Part shown: positions 39,848 through 53,359 of the stretch, piece by piece | How positions within the stretch are numbered: position 1 is the first letter of the stretch | How the letters are laid out: each line of letters opens with the position of its first letter | Source of the DNA: Octopus vulgaris | Lineage: Eukaryota | Assembly: GCA_951406725.2 (NCBI GenBank) | Contig: OX597819.1 | Coordinates: forward strand, 3,906,001-3,970,000 | Length of the DNA: 64,000 nucleotides | Direction: 5' to 3' | Program-made: the position numbers and the translations under genes | The notes under the pieces: model-generated | What the model saw: the letters and a program-made list of their open reading frames with translations, nothing else | Databases searched by the model: none | What the model was told of the DNA's origin: nothing

Positions 39848-40185
39848 AACTAGAAAGGCACTCGGAGAACGCAGTCCTCCGCCAAGCTGCTCATTTCGAC
39901 CCATATAAACGCATGCTGAAAATCGACTAATTTCCCAAACCAACGCCGGCAAAACCATAACGTCCTTGGCGGGGTTACAAAAAATAGCAGCCTTATAATT
40001 AAAATATAAAAACTCTTTAAAAACAGGAATCATCTGAAGCAGTTATATAATACCTCAATGACAACAGCAAGCTAGTTTGAGTGATGCACACAAACATCAT
40101 GGTCGGAAACGTAACAGTCGGTTACGGTGACTTGTGAACGCCGATCCTGGTTCATGTAAACATGATCTAGCAGGCTTATCACCCA
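39848..40185 (-). mobile_element. Helentron-like 3' fragment: APE endonuclease C-terminus plus subTIR-bearing terminus
   Basis: LLDHVYMNQ...VTVTDCYVSDHDVCV (APE DH..SDH motifs, ~40075-40180). Subterminal inverted repeats ctccgccaag (39877-39886) / cttggcgggg (39965-39974). End ...ctccgagtgcctttCTAGtt. Confidence 0.65.
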
Positions 40186-40194
40186 TTTCTTGTG

Positions 40195-40435
40195 AGTTGT
40201 TACTAACCCCAATCTTCCGAGTTCGATTCCAAGTAGTGACCTGAATAATAATAATAATAACAACGTCGAAAAATACTTTAGGAATGAGAACCCAGGTTCA
40301 AAATTTCCCCAAGACACCTGATGAAGGCAGGAGGGTATATCAGCCGAAACGTTGTGTTAACAATAAGATGAGGACAAATATCCGTCAATTGTAAATAATG
40401 TACATAATTCCTCATCTCTTAAATATAGAACTGTA
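40195..40435 (+). mobile_element. Short element with tRNA-like B box, (AAT)n and a hammerhead-bearing body
   Basis: gagttcgattcc (40219-40230), (aat)n from 40244, hammerhead at 40313-40358. Confidence 0.6.
40313..40358 (+). ncRNA. Minimal type I hammerhead ribozyme motif
   Basis: gacac-CTGATGA-a-ggcag...cagcc-GAAAC-GTT-gtgtt. Stem I gacac/gtgtt, stem II ggc.g/cagcc, palindromic ACGT stem III. Confidence 0.72.
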
Positions 40436-41923
40436 TTATCTGTAAATTGTAGTTAAACAAATTCTCCCTCACATGGGCCTTTTTCTCCCAAATCCAATTT
40501 GATAAGACAAAATTGCGTGACATTACATCCTGACAACACATCTCATTTGACAAATATGTTTTAAAATTTAATAGTCTTTCATGAAAATTCTAAAACATTA
40601 AAAAAAAATTTCCACAACATATTTTTGCATGAAAGAATACTGTCGACTTCACCCTACTGATTTTAACAATACACTGACCTAACAAAAGGATTTAAAGAAG
40701 TACTCCGAGTTTTCCATTACTGCTCATGTGATAGTGAATACGTTCATTGTTTTCTCTGAATAATAAATGCAATATCAATAAATGATAAATCGCATTTTAT
40801 GTCATCACAAAAGAAATTGTTCTCATCCACTCAACAGTTCGAAACCAGTGGATCTATTTTTTCTGTCTCTCCACTTTATATATTCAGCCTGAAAACCATT
40901 TATATCTATAGGATGGAAACTTTAGAGATGATTTAAAATATCGTAATATCGGAAGGAGAAGCAACAGAGAAGAACGGCATCATACGTCATGTAATGCACA
41001 AGGATAGCAAAATGTGAGATAAAAACGAACTAACAAGAGAGAAAGGGAAATCTGTCAAAATACACGAATAAAAATGTCTGTTGAATTCGGCAAATAATAA
41101 ATGAAAGCAGTAGTAAAATCGGATCCACCATAAAAATCTATTTTGCACAGAAGAACTTTTCCTCTCGTGGGATTTCTAAAAAGATGCCTTTCTTTATTGA
41201 GAACTGAGAACTTACGAATTGAAAACTGTTGTCGCTAACATTTCTAAAATTTAAACAACTCTTTCTACTGCAGCATTCTAGAACAGATTTGTATAGACTC
41301 AGTTTCTCATTGGTAGATGCAGTACAACATATTCTGTTCGGTTAAATGTAAATGTAGTATGCAAACTACATCTTACCAAGTCAATAGGATTCCGCTAAAA
41401 GCTGAAAAATCGACAGTTCACCTTATGTGACCGTTGCTGAAATTTAGTGCGATTAAACTTTGAATAGCTTAGTTCACCTACCTCAAACAGGTTCTATGAT
41501 GAATTGTAAACTGTAACCTTATAAGTATACATAGAAGAAATACTTTATAATTGATTATTGTTGTATTAGACCGCTTAGAACTACAACTGATATTCAACAT
41601 CGACCACCAATACATTTACAAGCTAAAATCAAATTAATTTTTACCGGAGGAACTGGAGAAGGATAACATGGACATTCAACAACTGTGTCTGTTGTTAAAT
41701 GTCAATTTGATGAATGAATTCGTATTTCATGAGTCATCTTTATGAAATTCCTTTCTTCTTTTCCTAAATATATATTCTTTGTCATACTGTAGATATAAGT
41801 AGCAAATAATTTCAACACAGTGATATATATAAAGCAATAAGTCATTGTTGCTATGGTGAATTCTAAGCGCAATCCGTCTTTGTCGTATGAATGTCACAAC
41901 TCTTAACTTCGGTATTCCTTTAC

Positions 41924-42366
41924 AACCTTTGAACAATGGTTCAAACAAAGTAAAATTCGTCAAGACAATAATACAATTTTCTTAGTTGAGATAATTCGCT
42001 GGGTTGTACACTTGCACATAGGTTTATAGAACAATGTGCAACAGTTACCGTATACAAACTCAAATAAGGTCCAGGTGATTCTAATTCGATAACAAAACTG
42101 AGACAGTTTGTGATGCTGATGGGAATCTGAGTTCTTGTGTTGCTTAGCGTTAACTTCTCCAGCTTCATAGGCGTGGAATCTTGCATCTACTCACAAATGG
42201 ATGGAATTATTAGACAGTTGCAGTGAAATAATTTCATTGAGGATCAAGGACATTTTATGAAAGGATGACTTGCAATTCTGTTGCAATGCTTCGTCTGTGA
42301 ACTAGTAACAGACAGTAATATACTGGGGCCTATTAAACCTTTGAACAATGGTTTAAACAAAGTAAA
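41924..42366 (+). repeat. 31-bp direct repeats flanking ~380 bp of unique sequence
   Basis: aacctttgaacaatggtt(c/t)aaacaaagtaaa at 41924-41954 and 42336-42366. Confidence 0.85.
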
Positions 42367-42793
42367 TTATCACTGCAGTCAAGAAAACAAATGTGTGTTC
42401 TGTATGTGTATGTATATATTCATAGACGAGCACGCATGCTCGCAAGCACACACACACACAAACACAGACACATATGTAGAGAGAGATCTGCATGTATATA
42501 CTAATACAGGAGCACGCACACGAACACGCCCGCGTGCACACACGCGCACAAACACACGCACATATGTAGAGAATGATGTGTATGTATATACTCATACACG
42601 AACACGCACACGAACAGACAGACAGACACACACAAACACACCACGCACACACATACAGACCACACACTCATATATATAGAGAGAATGTAGGGTGGGGGAG
42701 AGAAGAATATTTTCAACGTCGACCCTGACCAATCGTGTACGAATATTTAATACATACATACAAAAAACACAGACATACAAAAACATACACACA

Positions 42794-42832
<39 letters not shown>

Positions 42833-42834
<2 letters not shown>

Positions 42835-42987
42835 GACAGGCTCCTTTCAGTTTCCGTCTACCAAATCCACTCTGAAGTCTGTAAATAGCCGGAAACTATA
42901 GTAGAAGACACTTCTGAAGATGCTACGCAGTGGGACAGAGTTATATTGTTGGATGGGTGGGAAGCAAACTTCTTACCACATGGCCAT
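42833..42987 (-). mobile_element. Family A SINE 5' half
   Basis: tttcagtttccgtctaccaaatccactc...atagtagaagacactt...gggaagcaaacttcttaccaca. Confidence 0.82.
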
Positions 42988-42994
42988 ATATATA

Positions 42995-43044
<50 letters not shown>

Positions 43045-43305
43045 TTTATCAAGTATCCGTGTAGCTAACAATATGTATTTTTTTTGAATATTACTTGTAG
43101 ATATATATTTATATATTTTTAAAATATTATAATATATATATATATAATAATAGTTTCTATGGCCACGGTGTAATAATAATATAAATTATATCTAATTCTA
43201 TATAATAATATATATATATATATATATGGAGTTCAGTTCGCTACCAATACAGCTAACTAGAAACTATATAAACATAGGGCTCGCATATATATTGTTGGAT
43301 GAAGA

Positions 43306-43352
<47 letters not shown>

Positions 43353-43423
43353 TACGCGCACGCGCGCACACACACATACATATATCCGCTCGAAACGTTA
43401 AATCCTCCTTCTTTCTTTCGTTT

Positions 43424-43478
<55 letters not shown>

Positions 43479-44015
43479 TATATATGAACGTGTATACCCA
43501 GTGTTTAACCAATGACATGTGAGTAGAATTCGAGTGGCGGAAACGATGCGGAAGCATGTCGAATGGGATCAAGTTTAGAGATGAGATTAAACTCCAAAGG
43601 AAGACGATGACATCACGTCTGCAATGTGCCAAGAAAACCTTGCGGATGTGCCAAACTGGCATTAAACGTCAAATATGGAATTGATTCTGCTTATTCATTT
43701 TATGCATCTTCACATAAAAGTTTTTTTTAATTTATATGATAATTGTAACGTATCCCATTGTGTCTGTATTCGTTGTATTTATGAATACTTTATGACCTAT
43801 CGTTGTAGTCATGATCTACCGTTGTAGTCATGATCTACCTACACATCTTAAATAGTTGTGTACATTTACTTATGCATAGGCATATTTATATAGAAACTAT
43901 TACAACTACAAGACGGTGTGTAAATGCGCGAGGTGATCCTTGTTTGAATACTATACTTAAGTCGAAGTCGAGTAACGTCTGTGCCGGTTTCCTATCTGCT
44001 TGCTGTTTTAGAGTA

Positions 44016-44446
44016 TCTCTCTATATATAAACCGCAGTTTGTCTGTCTGTGTGTCTGTCAGGTTGTACCCTCACCCTGACCACGGCTTTCAACCGATTCT
44101 GATGAAACTTGACACACACATAGCCCAATGTCATAATTCAAAACTAACGCAGCTAAAATTTTGAAAAGTTTCCCCAGTTCTGAAAAAAATCGATAAATTC
44201 GACATGGGGTCGAGAATCTAACCTTTTTATATGCAACACATTTTCTGTCTAGGGGACACAACTCGACCTTTTTATCGCCCAAAGGGACAGCTAGGAACAT
44301 CGTATACACAGAAGTATTCGAGTGGAGAGAAGACATTGCACCTACACATGCGCCTTCGTTCCCTAGAGGGAAAGGACTAGATTGGGATTAGTCGTTGCCT
44401 ACTAGGGGCTCTTACATACCCGGGCAACGCCGGGCTATGCTGCTAG
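44016..44446 (+). mobile_element. Non-autonomous Helitron-like element
   Basis: A|TC 5' end, (gtct)n, caaccgattctgatgaaacttgacac motif like the 7863 copy, 3' hairpin cccgg-gcaacg-ccggg, CTAG|T end. Confidence 0.8.
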
Positions 44447-45162
44447 TTGAGTATAAATCTATAGAGTGCGATATGGCTTTTCAATGACATGGCTTTTCAA
44501 GGAGACATTGAAAGTATTATAAGAATTGAAAAATAGCAACGAAGAAAGCTAGAAATGGAGAAGAGAGGCAAGCAGAGCCACAGACAGGCATTTTATCAGT
44601 TTGTGCCGATTCTTAATTTTGAAATTTATCCATTACGATATTACTGTAATTTTGACGTTGGTAAATTATATACCAAAATTAATGTACATTTCAATGTTCT
44701 AATAAAAAGTATTGATTAATGAAACATTCTGTATATAATTGCTACTCCTTTTATACCATTGCTTTTCTCATTTCCATCGAATCATCCCTCTGTTACTTGT
44801 AGTTCATATTTTGTGAATGCTACATAAGCTCTTTTCTTCCCTCTACCTAGCCTTATCTAAAGTGGTTAATTTGTAGCAGCTTTAGCAAGGATAGTAAATT
44901 AGTGGGCTGGTCGTGGTATGTGGCATTCAGTTCAAAATACAGTGCTTTGTACTGGTTAACATTCATAGTTCATGGCAAAGCAATATTATGTAGCAGTAGC
45001 GTTGGAGTGTTCTATGAAGTTGGAAGTGCCAATGAATGTACTGTTGGAACACATTGAGAAATTAAGATTATAATTTTTCGGACTATTAACCACATATTTA
45101 GAGGTTTGCACTTTCAAAGGTTTCCACACACATACACACACACACACACACACACATACACG

Positions 45163-45195
<33 letters not shown>

Positions 45196-45212
45196 TTATA
45201 TATGTATGTATG

Positions 45213-45265
<53 letters not shown>

Positions 45266-45337
45266 TTGAATTTATATACATATATGTGTATGTGTGTATA
45301 TAAAGCGAAGAGTCGATGACGACGTAAATTATCTATC

Positions 45338-45391
<54 letters not shown>

Positions 45392-45879
45392 AAATATATT
45401 TAGACATAAAACGTTTACGTTTTCATTAAGGTAAAACGAAGAAAAAAACTACTCTATCCGTCGAAAGATAAATATCGTTTAATGTACACATGTAGTTATG
45501 GGCTACTAATAGTTTCATACACTAGAGACGTTGTTTAGGCAAACGTTTATGACACGCCTTGTGTAACCAAGTAATCTTCAGTCCTTGGACACACGGCTTA
45601 AGCAAATTATAAATGTGGAGGATAGAATAGGAAAAATCACGAGAGGAAGACGGATGCAAAAAGTGGAAGGGCAAACAAACGGAAAACGAAAGGGAAAAGG
45701 AAACGAACCTAGACCATGGCTCAAATGTATGAATCTATTAGTACTTCATAACTACATACTGTGTACATTAAATTGGTATACATGTATGTGCGTGTGTGTG
45801 TGTGTGCGTGCGTGTATGTATGTATGTAAGTGTATATGTATAACGCATACAGACGAGTAACAAACCAATGGGACGCATT

Positions 45880-46036
45880 GCTCAGGCATGGCTGTGTGGT
45901 AAGAAGCTTGCTTTCCAACCACATGGCTCAATCCCACTGCCTTGCACCTTGGGCAAGTTTCTTCTACTATAGCCAAGGACCAACCAAAGCCTTTTGAGTG
46001 GATTTGGTAGACAGAAACCGAAAGAAGACCGTCGTA
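45880..46036 (+). mobile_element. Family A SINE 5' half
   Basis: ggcatggctgtgtggtaagaag...ccttgggcaag...gagtggatttggtagacag. Confidence 0.83.
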
Positions 46037-46882
46037 TATATATATATATTTTCTTTTTCTAGCATACAGGCTGTCCACTATTAGTGGTCATTCCTCTAAA
46101 TTTTGTATGTATAAAATTTTTAATCTTCGGATATTTTTTTTAATATGCTAGGCCACTGGTTTTAATTGATTAATATCAATTTCTACCCTTATTTAATTTT
46201 AAATAAAAAATGTTCTCTACCCGTAAATTAACTGCTGTAGTTTTGTAACTGCAGAGTAATTTCCGATCTCCTGATTGACACGTGAAACTGCATTCAGAGT
46301 CTCTAAGAAGTAACAATTTAAAATATTTATAAACTAAAATACAACATCTCTAACATGTGGAAGGTAAGCTGAAAATCGATGTATCAATATAATTAAGATA
46401 AATGATGTTTTTAGAAGTTAATCAGACTAATGAACTCTGTTGTTGCTTTTCTTCTACACTACCTTGCCATATGTATATTTTCTGAACTTTATTTGTGTTT
46501 TTAGATTGCTCACACTGACTTTAAATAGTTTGAATCGCTCACATTTTTATTTGATGACAGAATAGAATATTGTTGTATTGATGCTCTTCTAAGCATATTC
46601 ATAGTGTACTGAACGTGAAATTGCGTCGATAGGGAAGTAAAATGAAGTTGCATTCTTTGATTTAAAGTTGTCACGGCTAAGCTGCAGCCTGCGTGCCTTA
46701 CTGAACAGCTTGCCTGATTTCACGAACAAAAGAGCGTTTATCAGTAGTGTGCCCAGTTAATAATAAACCATAATCACATGTGGCCCTCTTCTCTAAATAG
46801 GGTGCCTATGCCTGACTTAGACAGACAAGGTTCCTAGTTCAACGTCTCGTTTTGGTCACGCTGCTTGCACGGGGATCCCCAT

Positions 46883-46974
46883 GACTCTCTGTCGTTACCC
46901 GCCCACTCTTCCTCAGTGGGTCATGGGGGACTCTCTGTCGTTATCCGCCCACTGTTCCTCAGTGGGTCATGGGG
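46883..46974 (+). repeat. 46-bp tandem duplication with internal hairpins
   Basis: gactctctgtcgtta(c/t)ccgcccact(c/g)ttcctcagtgggtcatgggg occurs twice. Confidence 0.9.
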
Positions 46975-48264
46975 ATAGAGTCCTCAGGCTTGTGAATCTT
47001 TCATTAGCTGATTACGCCGCTCCTATGGATGTGTTGCAGTTACTCTCTTGACAGAGCTTGGTAGTCCTAATTGTTGATCTTCTAGGTTTCCTCCACTCAG
47101 CATCAGTGTAAGAAGCACCGTTGGCTTAGTCGAACTCTTCTCCTACCTCTTCACAATACACCATGCTACAATCCCATGACTTCACCGTATCCCTGTAAGG
47201 GTGGCTGAACGGTTGCTATGCCTTACCAAAGGGCAGCCCATAACTTATGCAGGGCACAGTCGTCGCACCGTGAGGGTTTTTCCAAGTACCTGCATACATT
47301 AGTTCAACATCTACTCTAAAACATTAGTCGCTTTCGAAATCTGGAATTATAATGAATTGAAATCCGTCAAGGCTGTTGCTAACCATGTTGCGGGAAAAAA
47401 CTCTCGAAGTTTAGTTATTTATTTATTTATTCGTTTGTTTGCTTATTTATTTATTGATATGAAAACATGAGAAGTACAATCAGAGGTAAAATATGTCCTA
47501 CCACTTCACAATTATCAATCTATTTCGTTCCACTTTTCTGGTACGATGATATCGATTATTTGAAGATCCTGGTCGTTGACTGATGTGTATCAGCTCTACT
47601 TGTTTATTATCTATGACTCAGAACACCGGCGTTGACAGAGCCGGTAGGGGGCAGGCTGGAAATTTGCAACATTAAAAGTTAGGTACGTTGTGACAGTTCT
47701 GAATTCAGATATCTCTATTTGTAATTTAACTTTCCTTTCACCGTTCTATGAGAAAATGATTTTCTGATTGATGACCACCTACACATAGGTTACAGTTTCT
47801 AATGATATGTGATACTACCGAAAGTATACAATGGGGAAGGGGAGCTGTATAGTGAGTGCGTTTATTGGTAGTCTTTAAAATTCATTTAAATTGTTCTTTG
47901 GACCTAGTACATAGGCAAAAGGTATGTGCGTGCGAGCGAGCGTGTGGATGTTAGTATTTACATCGAGTACAAAAAATACAGAGTATATATAAATATATAA
48001 ATGTCACAAAAGCTTGTTAACAAACTTTGGAAGCGTCGAATGTGTTTCGTATTTTACAGACAAGAAAGTAAATTTCGATCTGAGTATAGCTGTGAAAATA
48101 GCAGAAAGATTGGGTATTTACCCTTATAAGACAGAGGAAGTTGTCAGCAGAGAATGTTTGTCTTTACATTCAAATAAAAAAAAAACAATTTTGCATTAAA
48201 TTGAAGGATTACTCAATACATATGTTATTACTCAATATATTTAGGGAGCATTAGCTAAAAACAT

Positions 48265-48416
48265 TTGACGTTTTGAATTCAAATCCGTCGAGGTCGATTG
48301 TGCCTTTTGCCATTCATCCTTTCGTGGTCGATAAATAAATACTAGTTGAGCATTGGAGTCAATGTAATCGACTTACCCACATCCCGAAGTTGCTAGCCTT
48401 GTGCCAAAATTTGAAT
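48265..48416 (+). mobile_element. B' SINE, 5' eroded
   Basis: ttcaaatccgtcgaggtcga...catcctttcgtggtcgataaa...ccttgtgccaaaatttgaa. Confidence 0.78.
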
Positions 48417-49679
48417 TGTATATTACTTTAAAGTCTTGAAATGTGTTTAAACAATGTCTTTTTTTTTTTTCTACTAAACAAGATTTGTGGAATCAGTTTT
48501 CAACAAAGCAAGTTTTTGCCAATAGCGGGAGGTAGAAATGTTAGCGAGATATTTGTTTCAGATACTAAAGCAGTCTTTGGTTTCATAATTCCTTTGTTAT
48601 CGTAATAAAGAAAACAATATTTTTACGCAGGAAATTATTGTCAATAGAATCGTCGCTATATATCTTGTCTCAGGAAAAGTATAGCTCTATGTTCAAATAT
48701 AGATTATATGACATAAAAGAATATACCATCAAATCTGTTTCACTACGTTGTTTATGCTGTTAACCATTAACTGGATTCAATAACGTTTTATTTACATATT
48801 GGAATGTCATTGAATCCTTCTCTCCAGTGCAGATGGTTATGTGTGCGCATATACAACTCCTCCTATGAAGTAGATACATGCAGATATAAGTTTACATATT
48901 TTCACAAGTCTACGCTGTGTTATTTATGCTAGTGTAAACTGACAGAAGCAATTTGTTGTTCTTCGTTTAACAGAAGCACGCAAATATATATTTCAGTCTC
49001 AGCAAACATAATTTACCTGCTATCCCTGACAGCTCCTGCAAACTAGATGACCTGACTTGTCGCTTTACAACAACTCTACTAAAGCTGATTTCTTCAGATG
49101 CTTTCCGTACTCGATATGCTGTGTGATTTGCCATCCGATAACTTACTAAAACCAGTGGATTCATATTTTTAGCTGTCTCAGCTTTCCTTTATTTCCTTTG
49201 TCGGTCGGTGAAGCTCACTGCGAGCTTTAATTGATATTCCAACCATTGAAAGCGGATTAGTACCAAAAACAAGGTGGCGAATTGAACAAAAAATATATAT
49301 AGGCCTCGTTTTGGAACTAAATGTAAAAACGAAATGTAAGAGATGGCTGAGAGGGAAACAGATCGACAACATCTAAGAACTCATGTGTCAGAAACGGATA
49401 CGTGTTCCAGCGCGAAAAGGGAGAAAAATATAGGAATTCAATACGGCGCGGTAGGCAATGACAACGTGCATATTAGTAAAGGTTGATATATCAAGTGAAT
49501 ATAAAACGTGTTAAACCCGTCGATAGATAGTTATAACTCCCTAAATACTAATGGGATGTGCTGTGTTCCGAAAGCCCCGCCGCACCAAACACTGCTTTCT
49601 CTTTATTCTTTCGATGTTCCATACATATATCTCTGAACATCATTCTTTATTTCAATCATATACTCACATGCATGACTAT

Positions 49680-50075
49680 ACATACATACATAGGTACATA
49701 CACACACATACATACATACATACATACATACATACATACATACATGCATACATACATACATACATACATACATGCATACATACATACATGCATACATACA
49801 TACATACATGCATACATACATACATACATACACACATACATACATACATACATACGTACATACATACATACATGCATACATATATATATATATATCTATA
49901 CATAAATGCATGCATACATACATACATAGGTACATACACACACATACATAGGTACATACATACATACATACATGCATACATACATACATACATACATTCA
50001 TACATACATACATACATACATACATACATACATACATAAATACATACATACATATATACATACATACATACATAA
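49680..50075. repeat. ~400-bp (TACA)n array with recurring variant blocks
   Basis: Directly visible; the cataggtacatacacac block recurs. Confidence 0.95.
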
Positions 50076-50257
50076 ACGAAAAAATCCAATGAAGGCAGAG
50101 TCAGTAGAACCAGTGGTAATCCGGGTGGAGTGCTGGTATGTTGATGAGGAGATGTGCTGAAAGTTCGGGAAGTGGTTCAGGGATGCGAGTCCAAAGAGTA
50201 GGAAGTTAAGTCAGGGTCAAACTGGGGTAACCACGTGAGCATATAATATACAGAGGA

Positions 50258-50540
50258 AATTTATAGAAAAACAAAAGACGAAGACAGGTGTATGAATAAC
50301 AAGCAACTGTATTAGTTTGACGCTGGGGAAAAATGGAAAAGTCTTTTACGTTTCGAGTCTACGCTCTTCAGCAGAAAGGAATAGTAGAAGATAAACAGAG
50401 AGAGAATAAAAAAAAGCTTGTAGATTCCAGCGGTCCAGCGTAGGCTGGAAACGTAAAAGACTTCTTTATTTTTCCTGAGCATCAAACACTTGCTTATTGA
50501 TCATACACCTGACTTCGTCTTTTGTTTTTCTATAAAATTC
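50258..50540. mobile_element. Penelope-like terminal fragment as an inverted duplication
   Basis: 50258-50365 is the reverse complement of 50437-50540. Related to the 23740-23870 cassette (shared acgtttcgag.ctacgctctt). Confidence 0.7.
50343..50378 (-). ncRNA. Minimal hammerhead motif with core variant (CUGCUGA)
   Basis: Minus strand cttt-CTGCTGA-a-gagc-gtag-actc-GAAAC-GTA-aaag. Same family as 23795-23830, one core substitution. Confidence 0.55.
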
Positions 50541-53359
50541 AACTATATACATACATACACGTATATATGCATAAATGTATATGTAAATATAAACATCTAT
50601 ATGACATAATTATATATGCATTTTATGTATGTTCGTGTGCTTGCAAGTATGTGTATATTACACTTATATATATATATATGTGTGTGTGTGTATGTATGTG
50701 TGCGTGTGTGCGTGTACCTGTGTGTGTAAATATAAGCATACGTACATGAATATATGCGTACATACAATACGTTTTGTTCTTGTTCTTTGAGTATATCAAG
50801 ACTTGAATGTTTCCTTGCTTTCTTTCCTGCTAGTTGGTGTACTGGAATGCAGAGTCAGTAGCTGCTATGGTTGGGTACTTCATTTAAAGATCTCTAGAGC
50901 CAATCATCTTGTTTTACTCCGCCTCAGAGCCGCGGCTTTTCCGCTCACAGGAAAAGGAATTTGAACCTACAAACAGATTATATTCTGGCATTTTGTCCAT
51001 CGAACTAACTTTCCGCCCATCCACTACTCTAGCCTGGTAGACTTTTTTTTTAATATTTTATCCAGAGAGTGAATTGGAATTCAGATTACTGAAAGTCGAA
51101 AGAAATGCCACAAGGCTTTCAAACCAATTCTATGAATTCGGCACTATTTGTGCTTGTATGTATGTATATAGGTAGGTATGTATGTATATATGTGTGTGTG
51201 TACTCCGACTGAGTGGTGTGACGTGGTCAGACTATTGGGCTCACAATTGTAGGGTCGTTTAGAAGTAAGTTGACATGCGCGCTATATGCCTATCTTTATA
51301 CAAACATTCGTATATACATACAAACACACACACACAAGATTTTATCGCAATTTACTTCCTCTAGGAGTAGCCCTTCAAACTCTTTACTTCATTTCCTACA
51401 TAGGCTTATGTATTTTTCGATGATAATGCTTTTCTGTGTGTGTATATATAAATGTAAATGCGTTCCCAAATTTAATTGCACTTCCTTTTTAAAGCTGCAG
51501 TGAGGAAAGCATCGCATCTTATAACAGATATAATTTATTATGTCTGTTATATTATTATAATATTATTATATTATTATTGTCATTTATTTAATTTCCCATA
51601 TAAGAATTACATGTATATTTATATTAAACTTATACATATATGCAATGCTAAATCCCTGGAGTTTATTGGTCAGGCAATACTCATAATAAATTTCGAATTC
51701 TAATATGTATTCTATAACATAAACAGATAATTAATTTTAAAAAAAACTACATTGACCTATTTCAATAGTTAGTTTCGTCTGCAAAGGGAAAGGAGTCATT
51801 ATCAATTCACATTTAGATTAAAGTGGATTTGTTAGTTTTTGACAAAAATATATTCAGAAAATAAAAATAATTCTTTAATAGTAAATGCGTTCAAATAATG
51901 GAAACGTGTGCATTTTCTTCTTTTCGTTTTTAATCCCACTCAGAGATATATTGGTCATATATGGCTGCCAGAAACTATCGCTAACAGATACAAAAATGCA
52001 CGCACAGTCATACACGCACTCTTACATGCAAACTAACACAAACACACCATATTTCACAAATTACACACACTCGCTCATTCACATTTTTCCCCACATTTCA
52101 TTCATCCATTTCTATTTCTCGCCATACTTTGTTTCTTTGTCGCTGTCATCATGTACACATTTCCTTCTCAAAATTTTACTCTTCTGTTCCTTATATTCCT
52201 CTCCATCCCGCCACCCATTTTCGCTCATATTTCTTTTGTTCTTCATTCCAGAATCTTTTGTTACTTTTTCGATTTCTTTCCATAATTTTCATTTACAGTT
52301 AATATTTTTCGTAATAATATGGAAACAAATCTTTTCTGTCAAAGAATATATATATATTTGTAATCTACTGCTGCTATAACAAATTTCCCTTTTCTCTCAT
52401 TCTCATTAATTTCATGCCCAATCCTAATCATCTACATTTGGAGACAAGAACGAACTACAAATACCGCTGATCATGCTAATATTACCTTCTATTCATGATA
52501 ATAATAGCGTGATCATTACAACTACAATCACAACCACGTGTGACCGATATTGCCATTGCAACCGTTATAATTTCTCTCAGCAACAACACCACTGCAGATT
52601 GCGCTATCATTATCTCTATACCACTGTCAACACAGCCGCCATCATTATCACAAATGTCCATTATCACCACAATCTACAATAACTTCTTCGAACTTACTAC
52701 CGCAGCATAGACCTCCACTACTACCATAAATCAATAAGAAATTTAAGAGATAAAATATGAGTGAAACAATACAAGAAATTAATTACGATAATAATTTAGT
52801 ATCGCCATCTAAATTAAAATCCATCATTGAAAGAATTGCAACAATTTATCCGTGATAAATAGTTAAATGTAACATATTTAGTTATACACACTGCGCAACC
52901 CCCTCAGGCTGATAGATAAGATGAGTGATAATAAGGAAGCGCTAGAATTAAATAAATAATAAATAATGATGATAATGATTTGTTAATTAGGTAGGAAACA
53001 TAATTATAGGAAAAGAGCAACATCAAGTGAAATCATTATGCTTCCAACCAACAATAATGACAACGTGAATGATAAAATAAACGGTGAGGAATAATTTGAA
53101 AATTACGGGATTTCAATTTTTTTCGTCAAACATCCGCAGACACCAATACAAATACCACAAAACAGCTACATCGTCTTTCTCCTCGTTGTAATAGACAATA
53201 ATAGAGCTTACGTTGGCAAAACACATTCCAGTGTTGAAAAGAGGCACGAGTTTCACATGAAAAATAAATATAAATGGCAACTTTAACTATTTGGCATAGT
53301 GAGTGCTCTACTATCAAAATATTATTTTTTTAATACATAACAGCAATTGTTTTCATATA

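Noticed and set aside
41941-42186. 81-aa ORF between the direct repeats
   Set aside because: No recognisable motif and no splice support.
43801-43838. 19-bp tandem duplication (similar 16-bp one at ~44473; 18-bp palindrome at 56890-56907)
   Set aside because: Ordinary slippage-scale events in AT-rich DNA.
44099-44112. ctgatgaaac as a hammerhead core
   Set aside because: The motifs overlap with no stem II; it is part of a Helitron internal motif.
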